Of a stretch of DNA of 64,000 nt, positions 25,193 through 36,589 are shown in pieces. A program made the position numbers and the translations under genes. This stretch comes from Paragordius varius (lineage: Eukaryota; Animalia; Nematomorpha): NCBI GenBank assembly GCA_964247055.1, contig OZ176052.1:372001-436000 (forward strand). Direction: 5' to 3'. The notes under the pieces are model-generated. The model had not been told where the DNA came from. It worked only from the letters and a program-made list of their open reading frames with translations, and ran no database searches. The number at the start of each line of letters is the position of its first letter. Position 1 is the first letter of the stretch.

Positions 25193-28100
25193 AGATGACC
25201 AGACGTCCCGCTTTTTCACATTTTGTCCCGCCTCCCGCTACGTTTATAAGATGTCCCGCTTTTTCATGATTATATAAAAAAAAATTTTTTTGAATTCAAA
25301 TAAATTTTTTTTATTTTAAATTAAAAATTTTTATTTTTAAATTAAAAATATTTATTTTTTTCCAATTTATATCATATTATACACTTTCCTTCCTGCTACT
25401 ACTGTCATTAATATCAAAAAGCCTAGTTATACTAGATCAAAAGACAAATTGATATTATAAATCGATACCTTACACGCTTTTTCCAGAAATTAAGTTAATA
25501 TAACATATACTAATAGTAGTTTATAAATATGAACACAAAAAGAGGCTGTAAATTCAATAATGAATAAATGAAAGATTTTCCTGTCATTAAAAAAAAGAAG
25601 AATGAATCGTCTGTTAAATGTCCTTAATGCGATGGGGAATTCTCCCTGGCACATGGCGGCAAACATGACATTACAAAGCATATTGATACATAGAAACATC
25701 AAAAATCTTTAATATTAACGGCATCATCTCACAAGATGAGCGATTTTTTTAGAAAAACCGCTTTTGGAGAGGAAGAAAAGAATTTAGCACCTGCTGAGGG
25801 CCTGTTTTCCTTTCACGCATTAAACCATTGTTATTCATTTCGTTCAATGGATTGTACCTCACAGGTTATTCGCACTTTATTCAATAAAAAATTTACATGT
25901 GCCCGTACAAAGGCTGAAGCCATTGTATGCAATGTTTTTTCGCCACATGCTTTTTCTGAAATATAAAAAGTTCTAAAAATTAATTTCTTTTCCCTATACT
26001 TTGATGCTTCAAATCACCATGCAAAATTATTTCCTACTTTAATAAGATATTTTGATTCAGAAACCGGAGTAAAAATTAAAATTTTAGAAATAATTTCCCT
26101 ACCCGGTGAAAATTCTGATATAATATTTACTTTAATAATGCATATTCTAGAAAAAAATAATTTAAAAGACAAAATTATCGCATATTGCGCTGACAACACC
26201 AATACGAACTTTGGTGGAAAAGCAAGGAGAGGAACAAAAAATATTTTTCATAAATTAACAGATAATCTTAATCAAAACATTATTGGCGTAGGGTGTGCAG
26301 CGCATATAATACACAACGCTATTCAAACAGCTGCAGATTTGTTACCCTTAGATGTGGAAAATGTAGTTGTTAAAATGTATTCCTATTTTTATATATACAC
26401 GGTACGTGTTGAAACGCTTAAACAATTCTGTGAAAATGCAGAAGTTCAATATAAAAAAATGCTTGGATATAGTAAAACTCGTTGGTTAGCTTTTATGCCA
26501 GCTATCGAAAGAATTTTAAAAAATGTATGATCCTTTAAAATCTTTTTTTTATCACAGGACAAATGTCCTACAACTTTAAAAAAATTTTTTGAAAGTGATT
26601 CTTCAAAAATATGGTTAGAATTCTTACATAATCAAGTTTCTCTATTTCAAAATGTTATTAAATTTATTGAAGGTGACAAAATTTCGGCAGTCGAAGTAGC
26701 CAATGAAGTTAGTAACCTGAAATTCCAATGTCAAGAACGGTTAGAAAATAATTTTATTCCATTAACCATCCGCAATACAATAAATAATTTAGAAAAACAA
26801 GGCTTAATAAATCGCCAAGATATCCTGTATCATATAAAAATGTTTTATACAAACTGTAAAGATTATTTGGAAGACTGGACGACGCAATTCAATGAAATTG
26901 ATCATTTTCATTGGATAACATTAAAATCAGAATTTAATTGGTGCGATGTTCAAAAATCATTTGATTATATCTGCTCCCAAAAATTCTCAAAAATTGATCT
27001 TTCAGAAAATGATCTTTTTTCTGAAGTATAATTAGTTAAAAGATATATTAATAATGAAAAACTTAAATTATGGACAAAAGAAAAATATACAGTAGAAAAG
27101 AAATGGTTGGAAATATTTCATCATTTTAAAGCCAACTATATTACATACAATAATATTTTAAAAATTGTGGAATTCGCACTATCTTTACCTGGAACCAACG
27201 CTGCTACTGAGCGCGTTTCCACAGTAAATCAGGTGTGGACATCGGAAAAATCAAATTTAAATGTTGAAACTTTGAAGGCCGTTTTATCTGTTAAATATAA
27301 TTTGACAAATTCTTGTGAAGACTTCTACAATATTTTAAAAAATGATGACTATCTGCTAAAACGCATTCACACAAACCAAAAATATACCAAAGAATAAAAT
27401 ATTTTTTTTAAAGTTTTTGTGTTAAAAAACATAATTTCCTAAAATATTGTATAAGTCTTCATAATTTGTCAAATTATATTTGATAACACATAAAGGTCTT
27501 TTATTCAACATTTAAATTTGATTCCGTGTCCACACTTGATTTACTGTGGAAAAACGCGTTCAATAGCAGTGGTTCAGGTGAAGATAATGCAAATTCTACA
27601 ATTAAAATATTATTGTATGGAACATATTTTAAAAATGATTATTTTAACCTATCCTACGTATTTTGTTCTGTTGTTTATAATATAAGCTTTCATTCAATAT
27701 ATTTATTTAATAATGAGACTTCATTAAAAAGTGTCACTGTGCACCGTTTTGTCTTCCAAATAATCGTTTCTGTTTGTATAAAACATTTTTATTTTGGCTA
27801 TTCATTGAGCCTTGTTTTTCTGGATGCTTTATGATATTGCGATTAAGTAATGGTATAAAATTATTTTCTAACCTTTTTTGACTTGGAATTTTGACCTTTG
27901 TCCTGTGATAAAAATTAGGATTCTAGGAGATCACATTTTTATAAATATTTCAATTGCTGGCAAAAGAGTTAACCAACAGTTCTGCAATATCCAAGCATTT
28001 TAACATCTATATCTTCCACATCCAGGGGTAACAAATCAGTAGCTGTTTGAAAAGTGTTGTGTATCTGCCAATAATGTTTTGATTAAGATTATTCGCTAAA

Positions 28101-28401
28101 TTGTTAAAGATATTTTTTGTGCCGCTTCTTGCATGACCCAGCGCATTTTTGATGATTTCGTCTTTATTATTTTTTTCTAGAATATTACAATCACTTCACC
28201 CTTTGCTCGTGCACATGTAAATTTATTGAATAAGGTACAAACAACCTGTGAGGTACAAATTTTTTTATATTTATAATCTATGTGTTAAAAATAAATAAAT
28301 ATTACAATAAATTTTTTGTATAAAAATTTTTGGTTGTACCCCCCAATGACCCCCCCCCCCCCCTCAGATTTGTCCCGCTTTTTCCTTCAATGGTCACCTT
28401 A
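25191..28401 (+). mobile_element. hAT DNA transposon (Blackjack-like ends), transposase pseudogene ~25529-27397
   Basis: Ends TAAGATGACCAGA / TGGTCACCTTA; 8-bp TSD TATATATT (25183-25190, 28402-28409); motifs CADNTN, CAAHIIHN, KTRW, LPGTNAATER. Confidence 0.92.
27440..28260 (-). pseudogene. Inverted, internally deleted copy of the hAT transposase inside the same element
   Basis: Reverse complement matches successive pieces of 25850-27335 (GTACCTCACAGGTT, AATCTTAATCAAAACATTATTGGC, GATTTGTTACCCCTGGATGTGGAA, CCACAGTAAATCAAGTGTGGACA). Confidence 0.85.
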
Positions 28402-31400
28402 TATATATTACAATTTAAAAATGGACCCTTACAAATTTACATTGTATATATATATTAAAAATATTAATAAAATTATCAGATTTTAAATCAGTGGCGTTTC
28501 TTTTAAAAAATTCTGGTTATTTATAATTATATAATTGATGGAATTTATATCACATTGCCTTAATAAAATTATTACGTAAAAACTTTCAAATTACTTACTG
28601 CCTTACATTATTAACACTTGAGACCCTTGCTTCAAATACATAAGAAGGTGTTCCGATTGCTATAAACTTGTTTGTTGTTTGTATAAATATTATAAAAAAC
28701 CATACACATATAGACAGGAAGGTACTTTAAAGTAAAATATATGTACAAGTACAATCTATAAGAAAACAAACGACTAATTTTAAAATAATTATTAATTATT
28801 GGTTGTCATAATGTAATTAAAAAGATTTTATTATTTTTATACCAAAAGTCTGAAATAATGATGCATAGACATTTTTTCCATAATTATCAAGTTATCGATA
28901 TTTTATATTCAGGGGTAAAAAATGCCCTAAAGTGTATACGGATAATACATATAATTTATTTGTTACTGACATTTTCCTAGTACTAAATGATTGATGAAGA
29001 TCCGAGGAATTTTAAATACAGTTAAACCTTTTTAAGCGTACTTTTTTGTGAGGTAGCTCTTTTTACCTTTTTTTTCAATAATTGATTTATTTATTGCATA
29101 TCACGTTTTAACTTTTTTCGCACAAATCAAATAAAAAGTTCTTTTCCATTTATTTGTATTAGCAATAACATTGGTTACATCAACTATTTAAAACTTTAGG
29201 TCCCAGGGCGAGCAATCTTTGGACCGCATTATTTTATTTTTGGGAAAATGTTGATTCCTACAAATATTTTTAGGTTTTGGAAATTATTGTTAAATCCTGA
29301 AAAACCGCTATTACGTTAGCTTAATTTAACCATCACTATTATTGATTACCAATAAAATAATAATTTTATTGGCATGAATTTTGAGGATAGGCATCCGTCA
29401 AAAGGGTTTAATAATAATTGATTAATGAGATTTTTTATTCGCCAAAGTTGGTATCCCAGAAATAGAAAAAAATAATTTTGGGAAGAGATGCGGAATCATT
29501 ATTGAAATATTTATTAAATCCTACATATGGAAATTTATATGTATGTTATAAAAGTGATTTAATTTTATTACAGAAAAACCGTTTGACAACAACCAAATTT
29601 TAACGATTCCCCGAAAATAATGGAAGATGGAGAGCTGCCAAAAAAGTTGAAAATCCGCTTGTTAAATCAACATTGCTGCAAGCCAGATTTAACAATACTA
29701 AATTTGAGTTAGGCTAAGATATATCATTGAAAAATTTATATTATATGAATAACGTAAGAGTGAACCTTTTTTGCAGTCAACCATATCAAGCACCAATAGA
29801 AGGAAATAAAGATAGGGGAAATTATATACAATACTAAAGCAGTTTTATGGAACATATCATCCATCATTTTATTAATGCCCATATAAATATTTTATTGTTT
29901 TATTTAAGTAATAAAACTCAGCGTGAAACAAAAGTATATTTTATAAACGGGCACAACAAAAAATTAGGCAATGAAAATAATAAAAACCAGTGGACATGAA
30001 GTTCCAAGCTTGTCATAAGTTCGGAGTCTATCTCATTAAAAATAGCTTAAAATTCAGACGCTAATAACCACTTTAAAATTTGAAACAATATAACAAATTA
30101 AAAATTTCTTTTTATTTTCACCTAAATTATAGTCTGACGATTTTAAAATATTAATTTCTTACAATTATAATTTTTCTAGGACAGATATAGATAATCGATA
30201 GTTTTAAAAATTATTCTAAAAGTCGGTCATAAACATACTTGTAATGACGGCATTTGGAATACAGTGTAACGCTTTCGATAGACTACATTTTAAAATTTAA
30301 CAATCAATAAATTTTCCACCAAATAATATATGTTTAATATAATTTGAAACATATATTACAATCTATTTCCCAGTACGAAAACATCAGTAATCAGCAAAAC
30401 AAAGCCGCAATAGGTAGATCATAGTAAATATTTTAAGCGATTATTGTTTTACAATTTAAAACTTACAGCATAATTTTAATTATTGCATTTTAGCGATTTT
30501 TCAATAAAATCTTGTTTTAATTTAAATCTAAATATAAACTATGAGGAAATGAGTTTTTTTAACAGCCTATTTACAACTCTACAAGATTTTCTTTTAGAAT
30601 CTTTTAGCATTTCTTAGGTTATCGAAAATAACGTAATTTTAGTTATGCATCACAAGTTGATTACGTGTTGATAAAAAAAGATTAAACAATGAAAACAAAA
30701 ACATATTTTAAGTTTCAATATATATTTTTCTTTTCCCTAATATATTCTAATGAAGAGAAGGCATGCCCATAAAAATACTGTGCAATATAAAATTTGCGCA
30801 CATGAAAAAGAGTAAATTTGATTAAGTGCAGAAATTTATTTATCTTTTTAGGTATTTTTTACATATTGAAGAAAAAATAAAAACACATTTGTGGCATAGA
30901 ATTATTTTCAAATGATATTTTTTTCCCTTATAAATAAAGAAATAAATTACCGGCTTTATTTTTCGCTTATTTTTATATGGTAATTTATTAAAAAAATATC
31001 AATAGTTGTTTTCTTTTTGTGAATTTTTTTAATTTACAATCTGCATAAATTACAAATGATTTTATTATCTGCAATTTTATTACATTTTTTCGCGGCATCT
31101 GCAACAAAGTTATTTTTCCATTTTATAATCATATATGATTTTATAAAATCATTTATTCATAATTTTACGCTGTTAATCGTTTAATTCAAAATTTGAATTT
31201 ATATTGAATATTAACTATTGGAGATCTCGGGGCCTTATTCCCTCTTCACGATAAAACTTATATTCTTCGCGCTTTAAATATATAACAGTATCAAAAACTT
31301 TATTCTCTTTCATCATCAAATTTACGGATTAATCATATAACAATATACGATTTATTATAGGAAAAAATAAATTTTAATATCTCGTTACAATAAAATATTT

Positions 31401-31907
31401 TTTTACGTTAGAAAATGATGAAGCTACATATTTTTTTATAACTGTTTTTTTAAATAAACTGGAAATTATTCTAAAATCCTATTCCAAATTTATTTTTTAT
31501 ATTTGGAAAGTTTATTACATTGATCAACCCCAAAACATTTGTATAGAATTATAATAATAATAAATTTATTGTGTGATATTTACAATATATAATGCTGGAT
31601 ATGGATAATATAATAAATACAGGTAAATTAACACACAGAGATATTGTATATACAAACAAAATTCTAAAACAAATGGATAAAATATGTATAGAATGCATCT
31701 ATATAAAAATGATGAAAATGTGAGAGCAACATTGTAAAAATATCACAATTTGAAACAAAAATATAGAGTATTTGGTATCATTCGATAGCTAAAAAAATGC
31801 TTTTTTCAACTATTTCCGTTAAAAAAAAGAATATAAAGGTGAGAATAATGTCTCGATTCCCGAAAGGAAATAAATTTATATTAAAGAATGAAAATTTTTA
31901 TATGGTT

Positions 31908-31943
31908 ATCGCTTCTCGGCCTCTTGGCTAAGATCAAAAGTGT
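31908..31943 (+). ncRNA. U2: U2 snRNA 5' portion (nt 1-~36) of a split gene
   Basis: ATCGCTTCTCGGCCTCTTGGCTAAGATCAAAAGTGT matches the conserved U2 5' end; similarity stops at the branch-site-recognition sequence. Confidence 0.93.
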
Positions 31944-34900
31944 CGTCCCTTCTTACCTTAAATTCTTAATAAAATTAATTAAACTTGATCTTATGCCATC
32001 TTTTATACTTTTACAAATATTTAACTGTCCCTTTTTAATTCATTGCACTTTCATACCTTTTTTTGTAATTTTTTGTGCCTTTTTAAATCTCCCCCCTTTG
32101 GTTAAGTTCGCGCCCCTCTTAATTGTTTTTGTTTACCCCCCTTTTTTTTCAAATTTCGCGCGCCTCTTAATTGTTTTTTTGTTTACCCCCCCTTTTTAAA
32201 TATTCCCTCCCTTTTGCTTTAAATTCGCGCTTTGGCCATTTTTTTTAAACGGTTTTTGTTTACTTTCTCCATCTTTGTTAATTGTTATTTGAAATTCGCG
32301 CCTCTCTCTTTATCTTTTATTCGCATGTTGTTTTTACTCTTAATTGTGTGTCTCTGAATTCCCGGCCCCCTTTTGGTTATATATTAATTATCCGGGTGAT
32401 TAGGACTTTATTTATTTCCATTCTTTAATCCTTTGGTCCATCTAAATTTCTTTCCAATATTATATATTGTTTATTTTTATTATAGATATGATTTCAACCA
32501 ACACTATTAGCTCCAACAACGTACAAATCATGTTTCCCCTTACAATAAGTGATAATGATAATCAACCAGTGTACTGCAAGACAACCTTCTGCCATATCTC
32601 TGTCACCACGGTCAATACTCAAAGCCATCCATCATTCTGTGTCAACCCGTCCACAACTCCAACACCCGATATTGGCTCTCTCTATGAACACCAATTCCCT
32701 TCACTCTCTTCATCTCAGTTCTACGACAACGTGTACACAGCTACCAATCAGTCATCCAATCAGGCCAAATCTCCCAGCTCAAACATTAAACGCAAGACCA
32801 TCCTTGATCTTGTCCATCCAGCCAACAAAATGCTTAAGATAAATAATAATGATAATGATGGCGACCTATTGGAGGCGATGCCACATCAACCTACCCTGCA
32901 GGACAAAACCCTATCCTTCTATTTCCCTTTGCCTAATCACTTCTTATGTCCGTTTGAATCTTGCAATCATCAATTTCGTTGTAAATCCTGGACTGCCCAG
33001 AGACAGTCTCTTCTACGTCATATTAAGCTGGTCCATAAAGAACTAATCAAAATAGTTAATATTTGCAAACCTTGTAACAAAGTTTTATCTATTCACCCAA
33101 GTATACATATGAAAGAGTGCATTTTTGCGTCCAAATCTCCTATTGTCCAAATGCCTCACGCATGTGATGAGTGTGACTTGTCGTTTCCCAAGCGCATGTC
33201 TCTCTTATCTCATAAAAGGTCTCATAATCTACCTCCTCATCCTCACAGCAAACCGTTAAGTCTGTCAAACCTCCGATTCAATCCGTCTAATAAGCCTAAG
33301 GTTGTCGAGTCATCTCCAACCCATTCAGTAAATTTTTTTGATCCACCCAGCTCTCCAGTTAATTCTTCTCCTACCAAAGTGAGTGGGACCTCAAACATCA
33401 TTGGTAAGGGACCTGAAGGCAATAATTCCAGTACGGATATTAATTCCAATATTCTAAATCCCAGTAGTTCGGTAAACAAAAATTATTTTAATTACTTTTC
33501 TAAGAATGAAGTCTCTTTATCTAATCGCTTTACTATTCTTGAGGAGAGTGTTGATGAGGAACCCACTTCATCGGTTACTCTACCTCCACCAAATAAAAGT
33601 TTTAATAAATCCTCTGCTTTAAATAAAAATACTTTTCCTTTCACTAATTTTAACAACCTTCTTGACTCCCACGACGAGAATTCCGACTGGGAGGACGTTT
33701 GTTCTTTAATAAGCTCTATTCAAAATGCACTATCTCCTCCCCGGGCTGATTATAATAAGTCTAAAAGTTTGGTTCATAAAGATTTAAATATTCGTAGCAT
33801 GTATAAGAGAAATAGGAAAAAGGCTATAAGATTAATCGTTGATGGCCCTCCATCCTCTTGTAAAATAAATAACGAAGATATAACAAATTATTTTAACAAT
33901 ACAATTGGCAAAAAATCTGAGCCTATTAAATTTAATTATTCTAATAATTCTGTCCCTTTACTTGATTTTATTCCCTTTTCTGCATCTGAAGTTTCTGATA
34001 AACTAAGAAAAGTATCTAACAGCTCCCCTGGTCCTGATGGTATTTCATATACCAAATGGAAGCAGGTGGATCCCAAAGGTATTCTTTTATCTAAAATTTT
34101 TAATTTGTGTTTAAGTCATAGAATGATTCCTAATCATTGGAAAGTAACTAAGTCAATCTTAATTTCTAAAAAAAAGGGAGACCCTTCTCTTGTTTCAAGC
34201 TGGAGGCCCCTTTCACTAAGCAATACTATTTATAAATTATTTACTGGCCTTATTGCCAACCGAATTTCTAAACATATTTTAAAGAATAACTTATTATCAT
34301 CAGCCCAGAAAGGATTTATGCCTTTTGATGGCTGCTTTGAGCATAATTATATTTTAAATAAATCAATTTCTGATGCTAAACATAATAAAAAAGATATTTT
34401 TGTAACCTTTATTGATATCACTGCTGCGTTTGACTCGGTCCCTCACCAGCTGATTTTTGAATGTCTCCCTAATTTTGGTATAGATAATAATATTCAAGCT
34501 TTAATTAAGGATATTTACACAAATTCATGTACTCAGTTCTTTTCCGCCTCTGGGTTAACGCAACCCATTCCTTTCTTGTCTGGCATTAAACAGGGGTGTC
34601 CAATTTCTGGCCTTCTTTTTAATTTGTCAATCGATTCTGTGTTGAGATCTATGGTGTTTAATGGTCACAATGTCCTCGCTTATGCTGATGACATTGTTTT
34701 ATTGTCTGACTCTCCTGAACGTCATCAAGTTGGGCTCAACTTGTTAGAATGTCTTATTCATGATATCGGTCTTTCGATCAAAGCTGAGAAGTGCAATAGT
34801 ATTTCTATTGCTTCTTGTAGTCCTGTTTTTAAGATTGGTGAAGTTGTCGTCCCCTCAATCAGTCAAGGAGAGTTTGTTAAGTTTCTTGGAAAGCCTGTAG

Positions 34901-36437
34901 GTCTCAATTTCATTAATCCCGTTCCTTCTACGGAAATTGTGGATAAAATACATAGTTCTAGCCTCCTCCCTTGGCAAAAGCTAGACGCTATTAAAACTTT
35001 TTTCTATCCCACTATTTCTCACCAGTTGAGAAATAATGAGCTTAAAATGGTTACAGGTGAATATCTAGATAAAAAGCTAACTAAAGTGTTCAAACAAATA
35101 TTAAATCTTCCAAGAGATGCCACTAACAATTATATTTTTGGCTCTCGTAATAAGGGCGCCTTAGGGATGCCCCTATTCCGAGATGACATTAATATATTTC
35201 GTGTGGATTCCGCTTTTAAATTACTTACTAGCTTAGATCCTTCTAGAAGAGTTTCTGCTCTCGAGGAACTTAAGGTTTCGGCTAGCTTTCGTTTTAAGGT
35301 TCGATTAGATTCAATAACTCCCGATCAATTAGGCAAATATTTGTCTGGTTATGAGAACCCTCTTGTCTCAAATCCAGCTAATAAATGACAAAACATTTGG
35401 ACAATAGCGAGAATTGCGTCTGAATCTCTCAAAATTTCCTGGTCTTTTGATGATTCTTTTCAGCCTACAGTAATTTCAGAGTTCTCTAAAATCTCCCAAG
35501 ACAATCGCTCAGCTGTTGTTTCTAACCTTCGATTTTATAAACGAAAGTTAAAGGATACTGAGCTACACCATTTTGCTTTGCAGGGTCGGGTGATGGAGTG
35601 CGTCGCTGATGATAAGGTCAGTCATCATTTTCTTTACAATAATAAAGATCTTCGATTCAGAGACTGGAACTTCATCCATCGAGCGCGGCTCAATCTGCTT
35701 CCAACAAAAATGCGACTCAGGTCGTCGGAACAAATGTGCCGTCGCTGCGGCAAGTCAAAAGAAACTCAGGCACACGTTTTAAACCACTGCCTCAAAGATG
35801 ATAATATAATCACCAAAAGACACAACATCATAGTGGACCTGATTAAAGACAACCTCCCATCAAAATTCAAGATCTTAAGTGAAAATCAAGCCATTGATTC
35901 GTCGAGACTACGTCCTGACCTCATTGTAACAGATGGCACTGATTGCTATATCATTGATCCCACAGTGCCGTTTGAAAACAGGCTAGAATCGTTCGAAACG
36001 GCATTCAATAATAAAATAATGAAGTATAGCTGTTTGGCTCAACAATTACAGGAAACATACAGCAACACCCAAGTCATTCCAGTTGTTGTAGGGAGCCTCG
36101 GCTCATGGTATTCGAAAAACGATGTTCTTTTTGAGAAGATCAGGTTCCGATGCCCTACCCAACTAAAGAAATCAATAGTTACCAATACTATCAAATCATC
36201 CTCGGATATGTACCACATGTTTATGAGCGGTCGAAATTCCCTCATAGACAACAACCCAACAAATGCATCATTGTAATATTTTTTATATATATTTTTCTTT
36301 TTATATTTATTTTATTTTTTATATATATATATAATATTTTCTTTCTTCCCCCTTGTAACTTCCCCATGCCCAATATTGTTGCGTAGCACTTTTCTTCATA
36401 TATTCTAAAATGTATTTTTATATATATTAATAAATTA
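31944..36437 (+). mobile_element. Full-length U2-targeting RLE non-LTR retrotransposon (Utopia-type)
   Basis: Lies between the U2 5' and 3' portions; one long reading frame with zinc fingers, RT and RLE; A/T-rich 3' end. Confidence 0.93.
32488..36276 (+). CDS. Retroelement polyprotein (~1262 codons): 3 N-terminal Zn fingers, RT, CCHC knuckle, RLE; one internal TGA at 35386-35388
   Basis: CPFESC..HIKLVH, CKPC..HMKEC, CDEC..HKRSH; SPGPDGI, WRPLSLSN, QKGFMP, AFDSVPH, GIKQGCPISG, YADD; CRRCGKSKETQAHVLNHC, RHN, RPDL, IIDPTVPFE. ORF 35578-36276 is in frame with 32467-35388 and the 63 codons between are open. Confidence 0.92.
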
Positions 36438-36589
36438 TATCTGTTCTTATCAGCTTAATATCTGATACGACCTCTATAGAGGTCCATGATATTAAATTTA
36501 TTTTTGGAGATTTTGGGGAGGCGCTCTGGGCTTGCCTATCTCTCCCCATCGGGTCAACCTGGTATTGCAGTATCTCCAGGAGTGGCCCA
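36438..36589 (+). ncRNA. U2: U2 snRNA 3' portion of the split gene
   Basis: TATCTGTTCTTATCAGCTTAATATCTGATACG, hairpin GACCTCTATAGAGGTC, Sm site ATTTTTG, CCTGGTATTGCAGTATCTCCAGG. Confidence 0.95.

Noticed and set aside
28612-29410. Possible piggyBac remnant (TTAACACTTGAG start, AAGGGTTTAA end)
   Set aside because: Ends do not form a convincing inverted pair and no transposase trace is visible.
21983-35388. Alternative genetic code to explain internal stops
   Set aside because: The stops differ (TAA, TGA) and both codons end other ORFs normally (TGA 25071-25073, TAA 36274-36276).
31944-36437. Assignment to R2 (28S rDNA-specific)
   Set aside because: Flanks are U2 snRNA; no rDNA in the window.
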